This document shows, in pieces, positions 59,510 to 64,000 of a DNA stretch of 64,000 nucleotides; within the stretch, counting starts at the first letter, position 1; every line of letters starts with the position of its first letter. A program made the position numbers and the translations under genes. Location: positions 82,486 to 146,485 of the forward strand of contig JBHLKM010000004.1 in assembly GCA_048886685.1 (NCBI GenBank). The letters run 5' to 3'. The notes below the pieces were generated by a model. It had not been told where the DNA came from. It saw only the letters and a list, made by a program, of their open reading frames with translations, and ran no database searches. Origin of the DNA: Candidatus Hodarchaeota archaeon. Lineage in GTDB: Archaea > Asgardarchaeota > Lokiarchaeia > Sigyniarchaeales > SOKP01.

Positions 59510-60523
59510 TTACGTAATATATCCTCTTTTTATTGAAATATCTATTAAATCATTTAGTATAGCCGATGCGGCTTCAAAACCCCCAGCACCTCTCCCCATT
59601 AAGATTATTGGCCCTGCATATTTAGTTTCTAGTTCGACCACATTTAAATTTCCGCTAATATTAAGAGGAGAATACTTATCAATCAAACGTGGTTCTACAG
59701 ATAATTCATTATTTTCTGCTATAGCCAGATGTTTAATGACAAAACCATCTGGTTTAACTAATTCAATCGCATGAGGGGTTACCTTCGAAATACCTTCTAC
59801 TTTAACATCCGTTATACTTTTTGACCATCCTAACAATTCGTTCGCTAATATAACTAACTTTCCAGCAGCATCATAACCTTCAATATCTAAAGTAGGATCT
59901 GATTCAGCATATCCCAACTCCTGTGCTTCTTTTAAAGCTAAAGGAAAATTAACTCCTTCCGCAGTCATTCTGCTTAATATGAAATTGGAAGTGCCGTTTA
60001 ATATTGCTTTTATGCTAAGAATTTCATTTCCAATTAAATCTTCTTTGATCTTTAATGAAGGAACACAACTCGCAACAGTTGCTTCAAATTTTACGTAGCA
60101 ATTATTCTGTTCAGCTAAATTCTTAATCTTTTTATATTCGAGATAAAATGGTCCTTTATTAGAAGAAATAACGTCTATATGGTTATTAAGAGCTTCAATA
60201 ACATGAGACAAACCGGGTTCTCCTGTTTCCGGATTTGTAGGTGTGGTTTCTATACAAATATTTACATCTAATTTAGAGATTAAATCGATTGCTTTTAGAT
60301 CACTTTTCCAATATGAAAGATTTCTAAAATCGTTGTCCGCATCCAAAACTTCTTTTAAATCAATTCCTTTTTTATTGATAAGTGCTCCATCGATTTCGAA
60401 AATTGAATTCACAATAACTTTTAAATTAAATTTCTGCTTTAAAAAATCTTTTTTTTGATATAATAATTGAATTAAACTAGTTCCAACCACCCCTTTCCCG
60501 ATTAAACAGATTTTAACAGTCAT
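59510..60523 (-). CDS. hom: Homoserine dehydrogenase
   Basis: GKGVVG, SNKGP, FEATV, NGTSNFIL, GYAESDPTLDIEGYDAAGK, GRGAG. Confidence 0.95.
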   Translation of the reverse strand: MTVKICLIGKGVVGTSLIQLLYQKKDFLKQKFNLKVIVNSIFEIDGALINKKGIDLKEVLDADNDFRNLSYWKSDLKAIDLISKLDVNICIETTPTNPETGEPGLSHVIEALNNHIDVISSNKGPFYLEYKKIKNLAEQNNCYVKFEATVASCVPSLKIKEDLIGNEILSIKAILNGTSNFILSRMTAEGVNFPLALKEAQELGYAESDPTLDIEGYDAAGKLVILANELLGWSKSITDVKVEGISKVTPHAIELVKPDGFVIKHLAIAENNELSVEPRLIDKYSPLNISGNLNVVELETKYAGPIILMGRGAGGFEAASAILNDLIDISIKRGYIT

Positions 60524-60622
60524 TGTTTTGATTAGAACAGATTTTAATTATTGTTTGGTTTTACAGAGAATTTAGTCGGTTTATTATCATTTGATTTATG
60601 ATACATATTAAACTCATTCAAT

Positions 60623-61114
60623 TTAACTTGTAATTAAAAATAAATTCTTTTCTTCACATATTTTTCTAAGTTCATTATTAAGTTCCTTTTTATTCATATA
60701 TTCAGGGAATTCAATTCTTAACTTAACATTACTTACTTCTTCTAATTCTGTAAATTTAGCTTGTAATTCTAACACATTAATGTTTTTAGATGCTAATCTT
60801 TTAATTGTATCCATCACATCTGTATCAAATACATGTCCGGTTAAAATTATTGTGATCAGTTTCTTCTCAATCCCATAATTTATGTTCTCTATTTGAATAT
60901 TTTTTTCCTTTAACTCTTTTTTTATATTTTTTATGCTAACTTCTTGAATTTCCTTACTCAATTCAAAAGTAACGTTTACAGGAATCATGTTATTTATTTT
61001 TCTATCATGGAAATGAAGGATACCATAAATATTTCCCCCATTATTAGAGATCGGTTTGATTAATTCAATTAAACTTCCAGGCGTGTCAGGTAATTTAACT
61101 TCTAAATTTATCAT
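60623..61114 (-). CDS. Tandem ACT-domain protein (putative allosteric regulator of homoserine dehydrogenase)
   Basis: LPDTPGSL..PIS..GGNI..H; second unit ILTGHVFDTD..DTI; adjacent to hom. Confidence 0.85.
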   Translation of the reverse strand: MINLEVKLPDTPGSLIELIKPISNNGGNIYGILHFHDRKINNMIPVNVTFELSKEIQEVSIKNIKKELKEKNIQIENINYGIEKKLITIILTGHVFDTDVMDTIKRLASKNINVLELQAKFTELEEVSNVKLRIEFPEYMNKKELNNELRKICEEKNLFLITS

Positions 61115-61224
61115 AATTATTTTTCTATTTTCTGTAATTTTCTCTTGATATTCCTTGATTGGATCTTAAGAATTTAGGATTATTACGTTATTAGCAATTC
61201 TATTACTTATATTAACTAAAAATT

Positions 61225-62190
61225 TTAAAATCTAATTACATCAATAGACTCTTCTTTTCCATTATTTATCCTCAGAAGATTTGGATCTTTAATAATATTT
61301 CCTATAATATTAGCATTTAACCCATATTCTTGAAATGTTTCTATAATTTCTTCGCAGTTTATTTCAGGGGCAGTCAATAGAAATGAGGTAGTTAAATACA
61401 TTTGAATATAGGTTTCTAAATTATATCCATTATCCTGTAATTTTGGGGGAATTTTAATTTTTGATATATTCACATCTGCTCCTACATTTGAATAATTTAT
61501 CATTTGAAATAGTGTTCCAAAAATTCCACCATTAGATATGTCTTTTGATGCATTGGCTAGATGTTTTTGCGCAATCATATTCATAGCTTTTCTCTTTCTT
61601 AAAACTTCTTCGGAACTTTTAAAAGTGGTAGTATCATAATATAGGTTGCTTGCTTTACCCTTTTTTCCATCGAAATCAACTGCTAATATAATATTATCTC
61701 CTACTTGTGCATTTCCTGCAGAAATGTAATCTTCCTTTTTAATTTCACCAATCATTGTAGAACTTAACTCATAACATTTTCCATGGACGTTAGTATGTCC
61801 TCTAATAATCGGAACATTAAATTTCTGGGAACCCGCACATATTCCTTCAAGCAATTCTTTACAGATATCTGGTTCTTTCACTGAAATAATTATGCTTGCT
61901 GCTAATGGGACTCCCCCACATGCATAAATATCATCTACACTAACCAGAATTGAGCTAAAACCAGCACCAAATGGGAAATTTTCGATAAAAGTAGTTTTTA
62001 TTCTATCTGTAGTAACCAGTATATATTTATCATCATCTTTTATAGTGGCAGCGTCTTCACCTATATCTGTGAATATATTTGCACTTTTAAACGAATTTTT
62101 GTCAATAAATTGAACTATAGGACTAATTTGTCGCTTTTCTAGAATGTATTGATTATTTTTAATGCTATTAGCAATCTTTTTAAGTGTCAT
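61225..62190 (-). CDS. AIR synthase-related (PurM/SelD superfamily) protein
   Basis: IGEDAA, PFGAG..VSVDDIYACGG.P, RGHT, KDISNGG. Confidence 0.82.
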   Translation of the reverse strand: MTLKKIANSIKNNQYILEKRQISPIVQFIDKNSFKSANIFTDIGEDAATIKDDDKYILVTTDRIKTTFIENFPFGAGFSSILVSVDDIYACGGVPLAASIIISVKEPDICKELLEGICAGSQKFNVPIIRGHTNVHGKCYELSSTMIGEIKKEDYISAGNAQVGDNIILAVDFDGKKGKASNLYYDTTTFKSSEEVLRKRKAMNMIAQKHLANASKDISNGGIFGTLFQMINYSNVGADVNISKIKIPPKLQDNGYNLETYIQMYLTTSFLLTAPEINCEEIIETFQEYGLNANIIGNIIKDPNLLRINNGKEESIDVIRF

Positions 62191-62208
62191 CTATGAATTT
62201 AATATGAA

Positions 62209-62555
62209 GTTATTAATAAATAACTGAGTAAAATTACTCGGTTTACTTATTTATACTTAATATTGTTATTAATAAATAACTGAGTAAAAATACCCAGTTT
62301 ACTTAATTATAGTTATATAAAGTTATTAATAAATAACTGAGTAAAATTACCCAGTTTACTTATTTATACTTAATATAGTTATTAATAAATAACTGAGTAA
62401 AATTACCCAGTTTACTTATTTATACTTAATATTGTTATTAATAAATAACTGAGTAAAATTACCCAGTTTACTTATTTATACTTAATATTGTTATTATAAA
62501 TTAAATACGTTAAATAACATTATTTACTTAATTTTAAGTTATTTTGTTTAAGTTT
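62209..62555. repeat. Tandem array of 56-57 bp palindromic units: 5 near-identical copies plus 1 degenerate copy
   Basis: Unit GTTATTAATAAATAACTGAGTAAAATTACCCAGTTTACTTATTTATACTTAATATT starts at 62209, 62265, 62322, 62378, 62434; degenerate in-register copy from 62490. Confidence 0.95.
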
Positions 62556-62583
62556 AGTTTAAATCATCAATAAAAACTAAAAT

Positions 62584-63999
62584 CTAAGCAATTAAGGGGA
62601 CACTTTTATCTATGAAGATTTTGGTTATCATAAGCTCAAGAGAAGGAATATCTTTTACTTGAATTTCCTTATTTAACCGGTAAAAATCCCTAAAAGTCTG
62701 CCAGGCATCTTTATCTTTCTGTAATTCGTCAATGAAATATCTAATCCTCTGTTGTGCCGAATATGATTGCCCCTTGTATACATAACACATCAGAAAGGGT
62801 GAAACAGAGTTCATTAGGAGAGTATGTTCACCAAAAGTAGCTCGATCAAGCCCCTCAGAGAATTTTTCATTTATAAATGAATTAATTGCTGTAAAGAAAC
62901 TCCCAAGTAGATCATTCTCCAAAGACCATTGTTCAGTAAATGATTGAGAGAATATTGGTATTCCCCCTTCTGAGACAACTAAAAGTAGAACAGGATCTTC
63001 ATCTGAAAGTTGAGGAGCTTCCACTACTCGCCTTCTGATCATATTCTCCAATTGTTCATTTAATCGAGCAAATTCTATACGATCTTTTATTGATGAACTT
63101 GATTCTTTTAAACTCTCCCATACATTTAATTGTTTTAGAAGATCATCATGTTCATTTGAAATTTTTATAGCTAGCAATTTAAGACCGAATTTTTCGGCGA
63201 TTTGCTGAGCTTGAGTTAAAAATCGCTGAGCCTCCTTCATATCAAAGGTTAATAGAGATAATTTAGCTTTTAACAAGTAAGTTTCGCATTGAACCGAGAA
63301 AGAACCCGTATTTTCGGCAATATTTAATAATTGAGCAATAAGAGGTTTGATTTCCTCCAGTACCTCTAAGTCGTTAGTCATTCGTAACTCGGTTAAGAGC
63401 AATTCACATAAGTTAGTTAGTGTTTTTATTGTTAGCTCGTAATCTTCATCCTTATCTTCAAGAATTTGCTTCAATACTTTCTCGGATTCAGCTCTATTCT
63501 GAGCTCGAGTGCTCGTTTTCAGCAATAAAGCTTTATTTAAGAGATACCTCAAATTATAATCTTTTTCTTTAAGCTGATTGTTTAGTTGTTCATAACGGTG
63601 AAGAAATTGTTGCGATCGTTCAAGGTCTCCCTTTTCAATTAATGTTTGAATTAAATAATCGTAAATACTAGCCAGACGTCTTAAATTTCCCGAATCTTCA
63701 TATAGCGCCAAGCATTGTTCTATACACTCTAAAGCACGATCTAATTCTCCTCTCTGTCTATAGGCTTCCCCCATATTATTAAGAACACCAGCAATCCACC
63801 TTTTAATGTTAAGGTCACTGAAAATTGTCAACGCTTGCTCATAAAGCTTAATACCACGATCCAAATCACCTTTAAATATATATACTGCTGCCATACTATA
63901 AAAAGAAAATCCGATAAGCCATTTAATGCCACTTTCCTCGGCGATAATCATTCCTCGTTCCAGGGTTTTTAAAGCACGATCTAATTCTCCTCTCCTTAT
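62584..63999 (-). CDS. TPR protein with C-terminal longin-like domain, paralog of 37305-39257; 5' end outside the window
   Basis: Frame open to the edge (..IRRGELDRALKTLERGM..); shared LLKTSTRA.NR, IKISNEHD, SEGG.P.FS, KGQSY.AQQR, ITKIFI.KSVPLIA. Confidence 0.88.
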   Translation of the reverse strand: MRRGELDRALKTLERGMIIAEESGIKWLIGFSFYSMAAVYIFKGDLDRGIKLYEQALTIFSDLNIKRWIAGVLNNMGEAYRQRGELDRALECIEQCLALYEDSGNLRRLASIYDYLIQTLIEKGDLERSQQFLHRYEQLNNQLKEKDYNLRYLLNKALLLKTSTRAQNRAESEKVLKQILEDKDEDYELTIKTLTNLCELLLTELRMTNDLEVLEEIKPLIAQLLNIAENTGSFSVQCETYLLKAKLSLLTFDMKEAQRFLTQAQQIAEKFGLKLLAIKISNEHDDLLKQLNVWESLKESSSSIKDRIEFARLNEQLENMIRRRVVEAPQLSDEDPVLLLVVSEGGIPIFSQSFTEQWSLENDLLGSFFTAINSFINEKFSEGLDRATFGEHTLLMNSVSPFLMCYVYKGQSYSAQQRIRYFIDELQKDKDAWQTFRDFYRLNKEIQVKDIPSLELMITKIFIDKSVPLIA

Positions 64000-64000
64000 A

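Noticed and set aside
61225-62190. Selenophosphate synthetase SelD
   Set aside because: Same superfamily, but lacks the N-terminal Cys/Sec-x-x-Lys motif and has no upstream in-frame TGA extension
62209-62555. CRISPR array
   Set aside because: Units are contiguous and near-identical with no unique spacers; no cas genes in the window
37305-63999. Diversity-generating retroelement acting on the TPR paralogs
   Set aside because: No reverse transcriptase and no template/variable repeat pair with adenine-specific mismatches seen
1-64000. rRNA, tRNA (including tRNA-Sec) and IS transposases
   Set aside because: No GC-rich structured RNA gene or transposase-like ORF recognised by eye; a tRNAscan/Infernal run would be needed to exclude them

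Overview
AT-rich archaeal chromosomal segment, most likely from an Asgard archaeon of the Lokiarchaeia. This is an inference from gene content: two Rag-like small GTPases, several longin/roadblock proteins, paralogous TPR-longin genes, ribosomal protein eL13 and a selenocysteine-containing VhuU. Housekeeping blocks: fwdA, mobA, two convergent purF paralogs, hisFH, a [NiFe(Se)]-hydrogenase/heterodisulfide reductase locus (hypFDE, vhuG-vhuA-vhuU, hdrCB, hypC, cooC), ADP-forming acyl-CoA synthetase, an ABC exporter, DNA repair genes (nfi, ogg) and threonine biosynthesis (ACT protein, hom, thrC). No rRNA, tRNA, CRISPR array or transposase was seen. Signals the ORF track misses: (1) a 49-codon selenoprotein VhuU (in-frame TGA at 19689) with a eukaryote-like SECIS candidate whose AUGA core is the gene's own stop codon; (2) a family of 56-57 bp palindromic tandem repeats directly 3' of both TPR-longin paralogs (2 copies at about 37.2 kb, 6 at about 62.2-62.55 kb); (3) two longin/roadblock genes whose N-terminal domains can only be made from an ATT start codon; (4) a Rag/roadblock/longin gene neighbourhood interleaved with an apparently inactive ATP-cone NrdD and next to amino-acid biosynthesis genes; (5) a possible switchable RNA leader upstream of an unannotated 52-aa ORF. 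All family assignments come from motif recognition by eye; no database search was run.
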